64,000 nucleotides of DNA, taken from NCBI GenBank assembly GCA_965217585.1, contig OZ244561.1:5120001-5184000 (forward strand), read 5' to 3'. Made by a program: the position numbers and the translations under genes. Under the pieces are notes generated by a model. It ran no database searches and was not told where the DNA came from. It worked only from the letters and a program-made list of their open reading frames with translations. Below, one piece after another: positions 8,172 to 17,959 of the stretch; the first letter of the stretch is position 1; the number at the start of each line of letters is the position of its first letter. This DNA is from Candidatus Latescibacterota bacterium. Its GTDB lineage: Bacteria > Latescibacterota > UBA2968 > UBA8231.

Positions 8172-9427
8172 CAAACTGCCTTTAGGCTTTGGTGATGTCC
8201 GGCTTCAGTATTGGAGCCGCCATAAGAGCGGCTTTAGTATCATCCCCTTGTGTCGGTGCTTTCTTTGCGCTATGTCTTCTTATATGCACAAAGCGTTCAA
8301 ATATCGGCTGAGACCAACGGCGAAACAGGCCTCGACGTTGGCGGCTCACCTTGAAGAATGCCGGATGCTCTACAACCACTTCGTCGTAGATCGCATCCAA
8401 GCCTACAAAGACCAAGGTGCATCACTTGGCCGCTACGACCAGATCAACCTGTTGCCCTTTCTCAAGACGGATCGTTCCACCCTCGCGCAGGTGCATTCCC
8501 AAGTCTTGCAAAACGTGGCCGTGCGCGTTGACTTGGCCTTTCAAGCCTTCTATCGTCGCTGCAAGGACGGGGGTGAGAAACCCGGATTTCCCCGCTTCAA
8601 AGGCGTAGGCCGCTACGATAGCCTGACCTATCCGCAGGCGACGGCTTTTCGCCTTGACGACAAGGGCTTGCGGCTTGCCAAGATCGGGTGCTTGCGCGGT
8701 GTATGGTCTCGGCCCCTGGAAGGTGTGCCGAAGACCTGCACGATTCACCGCAGTGCGACGGGCAAGTGGTTTGCCACCATCGTCTGCGAGGTGGAAATCC
8801 AACCCTTGCCTAAAAGCGACGAAGTGGTGGGCATCGACGTTGGGCTGGAGCAGTTCGCTACGTTGTCGAACGGCGAGACGGTCAACAATCCTCGGTTCTT
8901 CCGCCAAGACGAAAAAGCGCTGGCGAAGGCTCAACGTAAACTGGACAAGGCTGACAAGGGCTCCCCCGAGCGCCAGAAAGCCCGCAAGGTGGTTGCCCGT
9001 GTCCACGAGCGCATCCGCTATCGGCGGCATGATTTTGTGCATCAGCACGCACGGCGCATCGTCAACCGCTATGGCTTGATCGCCGTCGAAGCGTTGCATG
9101 TCAAGGGCATGGTGCGCAACCGTTGCCTTGCCAAAAGCATTTCGGACGCCGCTTGGTCGCAGTTCCGGCGAGTCCTGTCCTACAAAGCGGAAGAAGCTGG
9201 TAGGCACTTGGTCGCCGTGAGCCCGGCCTATACGTCGCAGGATTGTTCAGCCTGTGGGCATCGCTTGCACAAGGCGCTTTCGGTGCGCCGGCATGTGTGT
9301 CCCTGCTGCGGTTTGGACTGCGACCGAGACGAGAATGCGGCGCGTAACATTTGCAGACTGGGGCTACAGTCTGCGGCGGCGTAACGCTGTCAAGAATCCC
9401 AACTCCTTTAGGATTGGGAGTAGTCAA
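8172..9427 (+). mobile_element. IS200/IS605-family element carrying tnpB only (IS1341-like)
   Basis: Left-end hairpin ATCAAA..GCC-TTTA-GGC-TTTGGT after TTAT (8168-8171); right-end hairpin TCCCAA.TCC-TTTA-GGA.TTGGGA ending at TCAA 9427; no tnpA; no TSD. Ends are inferred. Confidence 0.75.
8284..9384 (+). CDS. tnpB: RNA-guided endonuclease TnpB
   Basis: KAFKYRLRPT N-terminus; RuvC D (GIDVG), E (IAVEAL), D (DRDENAARNI); CSAC/CPCC zinc finger. Confidence 0.95.
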   Translation: MHKAFKYRLRPTAKQASTLAAHLEECRMLYNHFVVDRIQAYKDQGASLGRYDQINLLPFLKTDRSTLAQVHSQVLQNVAVRVDLAFQAFYRRCKDGGEKPGFPRFKGVGRYDSLTYPQATAFRLDDKGLRLAKIGCLRGVWSRPLEGVPKTCTIHRSATGKWFATIVCEVEIQPLPKSDEVVGIDVGLEQFATLSNGETVNNPRFFRQDEKALAKAQRKLDKADKGSPERQKARKVVARVHERIRYRRHDFVHQHARRIVNRYGLIAVEALHVKGMVRNRCLAKSISDAAWSQFRRVLSYKAEEAGRHLVAVSPAYTSQDCSACGHRLHKALSVRRHVCPCCGLDCDRDENAARNICRLGLQSAAA

Positions 9428-9468
9428 ATTGCCCGGCGCTGAATTCACCTGTACGGGAGTGTCAACCA

Positions 9469-10548
9469 ATGAAATTCGTCATTCGAGCCGGAGGGGTCGG
9501 CACGCGGCTGTGGCCCTATAGCCGCGTGCGCAAGCCCAAGCAGTTTCACTGCATGGCCGGAGAGCAGACCATGCTCCAAGACGCGGTCGCCCGCATCGAC
9601 GCGATTGCCGCACCGGCTGATGTGTACGTATCGACCGGACGCCCGTTGCGGGCACTGGTGAGCGAGCAGATACCGGCGCTGCCGCTCGAACAGCTAATCG
9701 TCGAGCCGACGTTGCGCAATACCGGGCCGGCCATCGGCTTGGAGTGCGCGCTGTTAGAGGCCCGCCATCCGGGCTGCACGGTCGCCAGCTTGGGATCGGA
9801 CCACTACATAGGTCGGCCCGAGGAATTTTGCCGCTTGTTGCAGGTCGCCGACCAAGCCCTAACCGCCAAGCCCGACTACTTGTTCACGCTTGGGGTCAAG
9901 CCGACGCGCGCCGAGACCGGCTATGGCTACATCCGCCGCGGCTCCATACTGGCGCAGGTGCACGGTACGCCGGTGTACGCGGTCGCCGAGTTCACGGAAA
10001 AGCCTGCCCCAGAACAGGCCGCCGAGTACGCGGCTAGCGGCCATTATTTGTGGAACAGCAACATGTTTGTCTGGAAGGCGGCGACCGTGCTGGAGCTTTT
10101 CGCCCGCTTTGAGCCGGAAATACACGCTGGATTACAGCGCATCCAAGCAGCCGTTGGTACGCCGGAAGAAGAAGCGGTCATCGCCCGCGAGTATCCAAAA
10201 CTCAAGCCGATTTCCATCGACCACGCTTTGGTCGAGCGCGCTCCCAAGGTGGCTACGCTCGAAGCGGATATCGACTGGGGCGACATCGGCTCTTGGGCGG
10301 CGCTGACAGACGTATTGCCGACGGATGCAGCGGGCAATTTGCTGTCGGGCGGGGTGGTGGCGTTGGATGCGGCCCGTTCGACGGTGTACGGGCAGGCCGA
10401 CAAGATCGTGCTGCTACTGGGGGTGGAAGACTTGGTGGTGGTGGATACTGAAGACGCGCTATTGGTGTGTGGGAAGGGGGCGGCTCAGCAGGTGAAAGAC
10501 GCGGTGGACTTGCTAAAAGAAAAGCAGGGGTGCGAGAAGTACCTCTAG
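9469..10548 (+). CDS. manC: Mannose-1-phosphate guanylyltransferase
   Basis: AGGVGTRLWPYSR..PKQF, EPTLRNTGPAI, ETGYGYI, FTEKP, WNSNMF, WGDIGSW. Confidence 0.9.
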   Translation: MKFVIRAGGVGTRLWPYSRVRKPKQFHCMAGEQTMLQDAVARIDAIAAPADVYVSTGRPLRALVSEQIPALPLEQLIVEPTLRNTGPAIGLECALLEARHPGCTVASLGSDHYIGRPEEFCRLLQVADQALTAKPDYLFTLGVKPTRAETGYGYIRRGSILAQVHGTPVYAVAEFTEKPAPEQAAEYAASGHYLWNSNMFVWKAATVLELFARFEPEIHAGLQRIQAAVGTPEEEAVIAREYPKLKPISIDHALVERAPKVATLEADIDWGDIGSWAALTDVLPTDAAGNLLSGGVVALDAARSTVYGQADKIVLLLGVEDLVVVDTEDALLVCGKGAAQQVKDAVDLLKEKQGCEKYL

Positions 10549-10695
10549 GTTCATTCTACGTCGAGGATGTAGCGCGCTAGCGGGGAGAGCCGCTGGGCGG
10601 TTGCGGGCCGCAAGTACTCGCGCTGGTTGGTCTGTTGCGGGTGTTCGCGGGCGATAAAGGCGCAGTGTAGGGTGCGGCGGGGATCGCTGCTGTGG
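10540..10695 (-). repeat. 156-bp direct repeat, copy 1 (orphan duplicate of phyH-like gene 3' end)
   Basis: Matches 16006-16161 with two mismatches. Confidence 0.95.
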
Positions 10696-10729
10696 ACCGC
10701 ATAGTACCGATATCGGTGCCTTATTTTTC

Positions 10730-12382
10730 CTATACATTCCTCGCCGCCGCGCCGATGTTGTCGCCGCCGCGCCGCTCGAGCAGCCCGTCGAGCCAGTCCG
10801 GGTCCATTTCCGGCACCGAGGAGAGCAGGAGGTCGGTGTACTCGTGGTGCGGGGGGCGGAACATCTCGTCCTTCGGACCCGCTTCGACGACCTTGCCCTC
10901 CTTCATCACCACCACCTCGTCGGCGATCGAGCGCACCGTCGCGAGATCGTGGGTGATGAACATGTACGCGAGGTTCAGATCCTCCTGGAGGCGGTCGAGA
11001 AGCTTCAGAATCCCTTCGGCGACGAGCTGGTCGAGCGCGCTCGTGACCTCGTCGCAGATGATGAACTCGGGATCGGCCGCGAGCGCCCGGGCGATGCCGA
11101 CACGCTGTTTCTGACCCCCGGATAGCTCGGACGGGACGCGGTGGTAGTACTGCGACGGCTCGAGCTCGATCTGGTCGAGGAGCTCCTCCACCCGCTTCTT
11201 CAGGTCCGCGCCGTGCAGCCCCCGGTAGAAGGCCACCGGACGCCCGATGATCTCGCCGATGCGCTTCTTCGGGTTGAGCGCGGTATCGGCCATCTGATAG
11301 ATCATCTGCGCTTGGCGGAGCTGGTCCTTCGAACGTTGCTTGAAGCTCGGCGGCAGGGCTTGGCCGTTGTGCCGTATCTCGCCCCTGGTCGGCGGCAGCA
11401 GGCCGGTGATGCACCGCGCCGCGGTCGATTTGCCCGACCCCGACTCGCCGACCACCGCGACCGTGCGGCCGCGGTGGATATCGAAGGAGATGTCGTCGAG
11501 GACCTTGACGGGGCCGTAGGCGGCGCTGACGCCGCTCACCGAGATCACCGGCGTCTCGCCCGGAGCGGCCAGCGGCTTCTGCTTGCGCTGGAAGCTGCGC
11601 ACCGCCCACAACGACTTGGTGTAATCCTCCCTCGGCGACGAGAGCATGGAGCGGGTGTCGGCCTCTTCGATCTCGTCGCCCTTGAGCAGCACCTTGATGC
11701 GGTCGGCCATCTGCGCAACGACCGCGAGGTCGTGCGTGATGTAGAGCGCGGCGGTGTTGAACTGGTCGACGATGTCGCGGATCGCGGCGAGCACCTCGAT
11801 CTGGGTGGTGACGTCGAGCGCGGTGGTCGGCTCGTCGAAGATGATCAGGTCGGGCCGGCAGCTCATCGCCATCGCGGTCATCGCACGCTGGAGTTGTCCC
11901 CCCGAGACTTGGTGCGGGTAGCGGAAGCCGATCTCCTCGGGGTTGGGCAGGCGCAGGCGCCGGTAGAGATCCATCGCGTCCGCTTCGCTCTCGCGCCGGG
12001 TCCTGATCTTGTGCTGCACCGGCGCCGCGGTGTGCTGGTCGATCAGCTTGTGCGCCGGGTTGAACGACGCGGCCGCCGACTGCGCCACGTAGGCGATGCG
12101 CGCGCCGCGCAGCATGCGCAGGTCCTCTTCGGGGGAGGAGGTCAGCTCCATGCCGTCGAACTCGATGGCGCCGGCGGAGATGCGGCAGCCGTCGCGGGTG
12201 AAGCCCATGGCGGCGAGTCCGATCGTCGATTTGCCGGCGCCGGATTCCCCGATGAGGCCCATCACCTCGCCGCGGTGCAGATCGAGGTCGATGCCGTGCA
12301 CAATCTCGAACCACTTCTCGTCGGCCTGGCCCTTGATCCGCAGGCCCCGGATCTTCAGCAACAAGCTCTTCTCTTCATCCAT
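10730..12382 (-). CDS. Dipeptide/oligopeptide-type ABC transporter, double ATPase (DppD/F fusion)
   Basis: Two Walker A motifs ([16 protein letters not shown]), SGGQ signatures, DEPTTALD / DEVTSALD. Confidence 0.93.
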   Translation of the reverse strand: MDEEKSLLLKIRGLRIKGQADEKWFEIVHGIDLDLHRGEVMGLIGESGAGKSTIGLAAMGFTRDGCRISAGAIEFDGMELTSSPEEDLRMLRGARIAYVAQSAAASFNPAHKLIDQHTAAPVQHKIRTRRESEADAMDLYRRLRLPNPEEIGFRYPHQVSGGQLQRAMTAMAMSCRPDLIIFDEPTTALDVTTQIEVLAAIRDIVDQFNTAALYITHDLAVVAQMADRIKVLLKGDEIEEADTRSMLSSPREDYTKSLWAVRSFQRKQKPLAAPGETPVISVSGVSAAYGPVKVLDDISFDIHRGRTVAVVGESGSGKSTAARCITGLLPPTRGEIRHNGQALPPSFKQRSKDQLRQAQMIYQMADTALNPKKRIGEIIGRPVAFYRGLHGADLKKRVEELLDQIELEPSQYYHRVPSELSGGQKQRVGIARALAADPEFIICDEVTSALDQLVAEGILKLLDRLQEDLNLAYMFITHDLATVRSIADEVVVMKEGKVVEAGPKDEMFRPPHHEYTDLLLSSVPEMDPDWLDGLLERRGGDNIGAAARNV

Positions 12383-12388
12383 GAGCTT

Positions 12389-13450
12389 TCACTCCTTCAG
12401 ACCGGAGGAGAGGTGGAGCATCCAGTCCACCACGAGATTGACGGACACCGTCAGCAGCGCGATCGCCGCCGCCGGGATCAGTGGGGTCACCTCGCCGAAC
12501 GAGATGAGAGTCGCGTTCTCACGCACCATGGAGCCCCAGTCCGCGGTCGGCGGCTGGATGCCGAGGCCGAGGAAGGACAGCGCCGAGATGGCCAGGAACA
12601 CGAAGCAGAACCGCAGCCCGAACTCCGCCACCAGCGGTGCCGTCGCGTTCGGCAGGATCTCGCTGACGATCAGGTACCAGGTCTTTTCGCCGCGCAGCCG
12701 CGCAGCCTCGATGTAGTCCATCACAACGATGTTGCCGGCCACCGCCCGGGCGAGCCGGAATACAAGTGGCGAGTAGAGCAGCGCGATGACCAGGATGAGG
12801 TTGACCACGTTGGTGCCGACGATGGTCAGCAGCAGCAGCGCGAACACGAGCTGCGGAATCGCCATCAGCGCGTCGACGATGCGCCCGCAGGTCTGGTCGA
12901 CCCAGCCGCCGAGCGTCGCCGCCATGAGGCCCGTCAGCGACCCCACCAGGAACGCGATGGCGGTGGTGAGCAGCGCAATGCCCACCGTGTTCCGCGCGCC
13001 GTAGATGATGCGGCTGAACATGTCGCGTCCGAGTTGATCGCCGCCGAGCAGCATCATGTCGTCGGCGGGTGCGTAGGAGCTGCCGATCACCTCCGATTCA
13101 CCGTACGGCGCGATCACCGGGGCGAACACCGCCGCCACGACGTAGACGAGGATCACGAACAGACCGAAGGATGCGGTGAGCGGGGCGTTGCGCATGGTCT
13201 TGGCCACATCGCGCGGGAGAGTCTGCACCAGAAACTCGCGGAAGCTGTAGGCGAGGCCCCCGGAGGCGAAGAACAGCCCGATGCCGATCGCGACGGCGCG
13301 TAGCCACTGCTCCCCCCCGAGCAGGCCCATCAGGAACGATGCGAGGGTGAGGCTGAACAACACCATGAAGGCGTCGCGCCGATGATAGTAGGCGGCCAGA
13401 CACGAGGCCGCGATCATGAGCGTGAAGAAGACGATGGCGAAAGTGCTCAT
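12389..13450 (-). CDS. Peptide ABC transporter permease (DppC-like)
   Basis: LGGDQLGRDMFSRIIYGAR, EAARLRGE, ILPNA, SFLGLGIQPPTADWG. Confidence 0.92.
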   Translation of the reverse strand: MSTFAIVFFTLMIAASCLAAYYHRRDAFMVLFSLTLASFLMGLLGGEQWLRAVAIGIGLFFASGGLAYSFREFLVQTLPRDVAKTMRNAPLTASFGLFVILVYVVAAVFAPVIAPYGESEVIGSSYAPADDMMLLGGDQLGRDMFSRIIYGARNTVGIALLTTAIAFLVGSLTGLMAATLGGWVDQTCGRIVDALMAIPQLVFALLLLTIVGTNVVNLILVIALLYSPLVFRLARAVAGNIVVMDYIEAARLRGEKTWYLIVSEILPNATAPLVAEFGLRFCFVFLAISALSFLGLGIQPPTADWGSMVRENATLISFGEVTPLIPAAAIALLTVSVNLVVDWMLHLSSGLKE

Positions 13451-13460
13451 GACGTGGCCC

Positions 13461-14414
13461 TCACTTGGGATGCCGCAGCCGCGGGTTGGAGAGAATCACC
13501 CCCACGTCGGCGATCAGGTTCAGCAGGATGTAGGTCGCGGCAAAGACCAGACAGCATGCCTGCACCACCGGGAAGTCCCGCTTGGTGACGCTGTCGACCA
13601 GCAACTGGCCGACCCCCGGGTACACGAAGACGATTTCGACCAGCACCACGCCGGTGATGAGATAGGCGAGGTTCAGCGCGACCACGTTGATGATGGGGGC
13701 CAGCGCGTTCGGCAGCGCGTGCACCGCGATGACCTTCCAGCGCGGCTCGCCCTTGAGCCGGGCCATCTCGATGTAGGGCGAGGCCAGCAGGGCGATGATT
13801 GCGGCCCGGGTCATGCGCATCATGTGCGCGATCACCACCAGGGTCAGGGTGATGGCGGGCAGCAGGGTGACGAAGACCCGATCGGTGAACGTCATGTCGC
13901 CGGTGACGCTCGATAGCGAGGGAAACCACGAATTCTGGACGGAGAAGAACAGGATGAGGATGTAGCCGAGGAAGAACTCCGGCGACGAGATCGAGGTCAG
14001 CGTGCTCACATTCGCAATCCGATCGAAGACCGATTCGCGGTAGAGCGCCGCCAGCACCCCCAGCACGATCGAGATTGGTATGGAGAACGCTGCCGCTACC
14101 GCGGCGAGGAAGAGAGTGTTCGCGAAACGCGGGATGAGCTGATCGGCCACCGAGCGCTTGTTGGCGAGAGAGACCCCGAAGTCGCCCTGGAGTGCGCCGC
14201 CCAGCCACTCGACGTAACGCGTCGGAGCCGATCGGTCCAGCCCGAGCTCCTCTCGCATCGCTTTGACCGTCTCCGGGGTCGCGGATTGGCCGAGGATCTG
14301 CTGGGCGAGGTCGCCCGGCAGCAGCTCGACCGCCCCGAAGATGATGATCGAGACCACGAGCAGCGTGACGAAGCCAAGTCCAAGCCGCTTGGCCACCAGT
14401 GACAGAACGCCCAT
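13461..14414 (-). CDS. Peptide ABC transporter permease (DppB-like)
   Basis: LPGD, LGLDRS..RY..W...GDFG.S, EMARLKG, HALPNAL, RDFPVVQ. Confidence 0.92.
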   Translation of the reverse strand: MGVLSLVAKRLGLGFVTLLVVSIIIFGAVELLPGDLAQQILGQSATPETVKAMREELGLDRSAPTRYVEWLGGALQGDFGVSLANKRSVADQLIPRFANTLFLAAVAAAFSIPISIVLGVLAALYRESVFDRIANVSTLTSISSPEFFLGYILILFFSVQNSWFPSLSSVTGDMTFTDRVFVTLLPAITLTLVVIAHMMRMTRAAIIALLASPYIEMARLKGEPRWKVIAVHALPNALAPIINVVALNLAYLITGVVLVEIVFVYPGVGQLLVDSVTKRDFPVVQACCLVFAATYILLNLIADVGVILSNPRLRHPK

Positions 14415-14461
14415 ATGCTCTTCTCCTCCGCGCCGGCCGGCTGTCCGTGCCCGGATGCGGA

Positions 14462-16000
14462 TCAGGCGAACGACCAGCGTTCCATCCAGTGTTCGCCGTC
14501 CAGATCCCAGTTCGAGGCCATCTGCTCCGGCAGGGCGAGCTTGTCGGAGGTGGCAAAGACGTAGGAGGCGAACATGGGGATGATGGTGCCGCCCTCGTCG
14601 CGCACGATCTGCTGCATCTCCGCATACATCATGCGCCGCTTGGCCTCGTCGAGCTCCGCACGGGCCTCGATGAGCATCTTGTTGAACTTCTCGTGTTCCC
14701 ACGCGGCGTCGTTCCAGGGCACCCCGGCCTCGTAGGCAGTCGCGAACATCCAGTCGGCGGTGGGCCGACCGCCCCAGTAGCAGGCACAGAACGGCTTCTT
14801 GTTCCAGACGTTCGACCAGTACCCGTCGTTCGGCTCGCGCACGAGGTTCAGGTTGATGCCCGCCTCCTTGGCGGTCTCCGCGAAGAGCGCGCCTGCGTCG
14901 ACGGCGCCCGCGAAGGCCGCGTCCGCGACGCTCAAGTCCACCGTGAGCGAGTCCATGCCGGCCTGCTTCAGGTAATACTTTGCCTTGTCGGGGTCGTAGG
15001 TGCGTTGCTCCAGGTCCTTGGCGAAGAAGCGCTGTCCCGGGCCGATGGGGTGGTCGTTCCCGACGCCGCCGAAGCCCTGCAGGATCTTCTCCACCATTTC
15101 CTCGCGGTTGATAGCGTGCTTGAGCGCCATGCGCACGTTGTTGTCGCTGAACGGCGCAACGTTGGTGCGCATCGGGAAGGTGTAGTGATGGGTGCCGGCA
15201 ATCGAATGCACCGTGAGTCCCTTGCGGCGCTTGAGCAGGTGCACGGTCTTCAGATCGGCCCGGTCGATGGCGTCGACCCCGCCGGTGATGATGGCGTTGG
15301 TACGGGCGGCCGGATCGGTGATGGTGATCATCTGGATCGCGTCGAAGTGCCCGCGACCCGAGTCCCAGTAGTCCGCGTACTTCTCCAGATCGATGCGCAC
15401 GCCCGGCTCGAAGCTCTTGATCTTGTACGCCCCGGCGCCGATGCCGGACTGCCAGTCGGCCTTGCCGCCTTCGCTCGGCATGATCGGCAGGTGGTAGTCG
15501 CTGACGATGAACGGGAAGTCGGCGTTTCCGGCACTGAGGGTGAAGACCGCCGCGTGCTTGCCGTCGGCCTTGATGTCGGTGACCGGCGAGACGATCGGCT
15601 TGGCGGCGGACTTCGAATCCTCGCCGCGGTGATGGTTGATGGACGCGACGATGTCCTCGGCCGTTACCTCCCGGCCGTTGTGGTAAGTCACGCCCTTGCG
15701 CAACTGGAAGGTCCAGGTCGCGGCGTCCGCCGATGCTTCCCAGCTCTCGGCGAGCTGGCCGACCAGCGAGCCGTCTCCAGCCACTTCGGTCAGATAGTTG
15801 TTGTACCCATGAGTCATGGCGATAGTGAAGCCGTTCTCGTGGGTCGCCGGGTCGAGGCTGTCGTGGGTCCCGCCGTGCCCCTTGCCCATGCGCATGACAC
15901 CGCCTTTCTTGGCGGCGCGGGCGAAGCGGATGGGCAAGGCGAGTGCGGCGGCGCCAGCGGCGCTGGTCTGCAGGAATCTGCGACGGGTTGTTCTGTTCAT
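14462..16000 (-). CDS. Peptide/nickel ABC transporter substrate-binding protein (family 5), Tat signal
   Basis: TRRRFLQ Tat motif; LAESWE, FQLRKGVTYHNG, VRMALKHAINRE. Confidence 0.92.
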   Translation of the reverse strand: MNRTTRRRFLQTSAAGAAALALPIRFARAAKKGGVMRMGKGHGGTHDSLDPATHENGFTIAMTHGYNNYLTEVAGDGSLVGQLAESWEASADAATWTFQLRKGVTYHNGREVTAEDIVASINHHRGEDSKSAAKPIVSPVTDIKADGKHAAVFTLSAGNADFPFIVSDYHLPIMPSEGGKADWQSGIGAGAYKIKSFEPGVRIDLEKYADYWDSGRGHFDAIQMITITDPAARTNAIITGGVDAIDRADLKTVHLLKRRKGLTVHSIAGTHHYTFPMRTNVAPFSDNNVRMALKHAINREEMVEKILQGFGGVGNDHPIGPGQRFFAKDLEQRTYDPDKAKYYLKQAGMDSLTVDLSVADAAFAGAVDAGALFAETAKEAGINLNLVREPNDGYWSNVWNKKPFCACYWGGRPTADWMFATAYEAGVPWNDAAWEHEKFNKMLIEARAELDEAKRRMMYAEMQQIVRDEGGTIIPMFASYVFATSDKLALPEQMASNWDLDGEHWMERWSFA

Positions 16001-16005
16001 GAGGC

Positions 16006-16161
16006 TACCTCTAGGTTCATTCTACGTCGAGGATGTAGCGCGCTAGCGGGGAGAGTCGCTGGGCGGTTGCAGGCCGCAAGTACTCGCGCTGGTTGGTCTG
16101 TTGCGGGTGTTCGCGGGCGATAAAGGCGCAGTGTAGGGTGCGGCGGGGATCGCTGCTGTGG
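16006..16161 (-). repeat. 156-bp direct repeat, copy 2 (within intact phyH-like gene end)
   Basis: Matches 10540-10695. Confidence 0.95.
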
Positions 16162-16775
16162 TTGCGATACGAACTGTGCCAGAGGTTGCCGTTGAACACG
16201 GCGACCGAGCCGGCGCGGCCCGTCAGATGCACTTGCTCGGGGTGGTCGGCCAAGCGGTCGTCCATGTAGTCGGTGACCCTGCCGGGTTTGCGGTGGCTGC
16301 CAGGGACGCAGCGGGTCGCGCCGTTGTCTTGGGTGAAGTCGTCGAGCATCCACATGGAGTTGACGACGTGATACGGCCCGCCGGGCACGGTGGGCCGTCC
16401 CCAATCCGCGTGCAGGGCTTGTAATCCGCTGCCGGATAGTGGATCGTGCCCATTGAGCGAGTGCAGCTTAAACGGTCGCTGCAAGACGTGGAAGACCGCG
16501 GTCAGCAGCGCTGGCTGTAGGTACACGGCGTCGAAGACAGCCCCCTTGTTGACCAAATCGGCGAGGCGGCGCACGCCCTCTACTTGGGACACCTCAGCGC
16601 CAGCTTTGTCGCCCTCTCTGACAAAGATCGCGTCAAAAGCATGGCGCAACTCGGCCAGCCAGTCGGGCGCGATGACCTCTTCCAAGATGATGAAACCGTT
16701 GGCGTCCAACTCGCCGTATTGCGCGGGCGTCAGCGGCTGGGGGACGAATCCCCGTTGTAACAATTCGATGTCCAA
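16017..16775 (-). CDS. Phytanoyl-CoA dioxygenase (PhyH) family Fe(II)/2OG dioxygenase
   Basis: LHAD HxD motif, LDDFTQDNGATRCVPGSH, LWH; TTG start after GGGAA. Confidence 0.88.
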   Translation of the reverse strand: MDIELLQRGFVPQPLTPAQYGELDANGFIILEEVIAPDWLAELRHAFDAIFVREGDKAGAEVSQVEGVRRLADLVNKGAVFDAVYLQPALLTAVFHVLQRPFKLHSLNGHDPLSGSGLQALHADWGRPTVPGGPYHVVNSMWMLDDFTQDNGATRCVPGSHRKPGRVTDYMDDRLADHPEQVHLTGRAGSVAVFNGNLWHSSYRNHSSDPRRTLHCAFIAREHPQQTNQREYLRPATAQRLSPLARYILDVE

Positions 16776-16792
16776 GACGGATTTTCCCTCGC

Positions 16793-17959
16793 TTAGCTGC
16801 CGGCTTGTTGTTGCGCGAATTCGCAAAGGGTGGTCACGCCGCGGTGGATGTGTTCTTCGGAGGCGGCGATGGAGATGCGCACGTGGTCGCGGCACATCTG
16901 GCCGAAGGTGCTGCCCGGGGCCACGGCCACGCGTTGTTCTTTGAGTAGCCGGACGGCGAATTCGCCGGAGTCCATGCCAGCCGCGGAGATGTCGATCATC
17001 AGGTAGATCGCGCCGCCTGGGGTGTAGCGGTACAAGTCGTATTCTCTTAGGACTTGGAGGGCGATGTCGCGGCGGCGAGCATAGGCGCGGCACATGGCGG
17101 CCACGTCGTCTTGCGGGCCGTCGAGCGCGTCGGCGGAGGCCAACTGCGAAAAGCCCGTGCCGCAGGAGATAAAAGGCTCTTGGAGCTTGGTGGCTAGTTC
17201 GATGTACTCGGGATTGGCGCGGGTGAAGCCCACTCGGTAGCCGGTCATGGCGTAGCTTTTGGACATGCCGGAGACGACGATGGCGCGCCCGTCGGCGTCG
17301 TGCGGCAGCGCGCTCTGATGTGGTTGGTCAAAGACGATCTGGCCGTAGATCTCGTCGGACAGCACCCACAAGTTGTGGCGTTGGGCCAAGTCCATGAGCT
17401 GGCGCATTAGCGTCTCGTCGTATACTTGGCCGGTGGGGTTGGAGGGCGTGCAGAGGAGCAGGAGTTTGGTGCGGGGGCTAACTAGGCGGTCGATCTCGTC
17501 GAGGTCGGGCATAAAGTGGTTTTCCGCCCGCAGATTGTAAAAGACGGGTTGGCCGTGGACGATGGAGACGGCCATTTGGTAGTTGGGCCAGCCTGGGTCG
17601 GGCAATAGGACCTCGTCGCCCGGTTCGAGTAGGGCGAGGAAAGCGGTCGCCACGCTCATGACCGCCCCGGGGGTGACGAGGATGTTTTCGCTGGTGGTCG
17701 GCACGCCGGTGCGGCGCTCGAAGTGGCGGGCCGCGGCCGCGCGCAACGCATCGACTCCGGCGTTGGGGACGTACTTGGTGTGGCCGGCGCGCGCGTAGCG
17801 GCAGGTGGCTTCGACAATGGACGCTGGCGTGGCAAAATCGGGTTGGCCCACTTCGAGGTGGATGACCTCGCCCGTCTTCTCGACGTCCCAGGCCAAGTCC
17901 ATGATCTCGCGGATGCCCGAGCGGGGAATGGACGCGGGGATACGGGCGAAAGGCTTCAT
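16793..17959 (-). CDS. Class I/II PLP-dependent aminotransferase (aspartate aminotransferase family)
   Basis: GQPDF, PSNPTG, SDEIY, SKSYAMTGYRVG. Confidence 0.92.
   Translation of the reverse strand: MKPFARIPASIPRSGIREIMDLAWDVEKTGEVIHLEVGQPDFATPASIVEATCRYARAGHTKYVPNAGVDALRAAAARHFERRTGVPTTSENILVTPGAVMSVATAFLALLEPGDEVLLPDPGWPNYQMAVSIVHGQPVFYNLRAENHFMPDLDEIDRLVSPRTKLLLLCTPSNPTGQVYDETLMRQLMDLAQRHNLWVLSDEIYGQIVFDQPHQSALPHDADGRAIVVSGMSKSYAMTGYRVGFTRANPEYIELATKLQEPFISCGTGFSQLASADALDGPQDDVAAMCRAYARRRDIALQVLREYDLYRYTPGGAIYLMIDISAAGMDSGEFAVRLLKEQRVAVAPGSTFGQMCRDHVRISIAASEEHIHRGVTTLCEFAQQQAGS

Noticed and set aside
8164-8283. N-terminal extension of TnpB or tnpA remnant
   Set aside because: Spans the left-end hairpin; no HUH/Y1 motif; TnpB homology starts near 8284
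10551-12314. 587-aa ORF ending in the PhyH C-terminus
   Set aside because: Alternative-frame read-through of the dpp ATPase gene into the duplicated phyH fragment; Arg/Pro-rich nonsense sequence
11141-16123. Long plus-strand ORFs (720 aa, 574 aa)
   Set aside because: Antisense shadows of the high-GC3 dpp genes; no recognisable motifs
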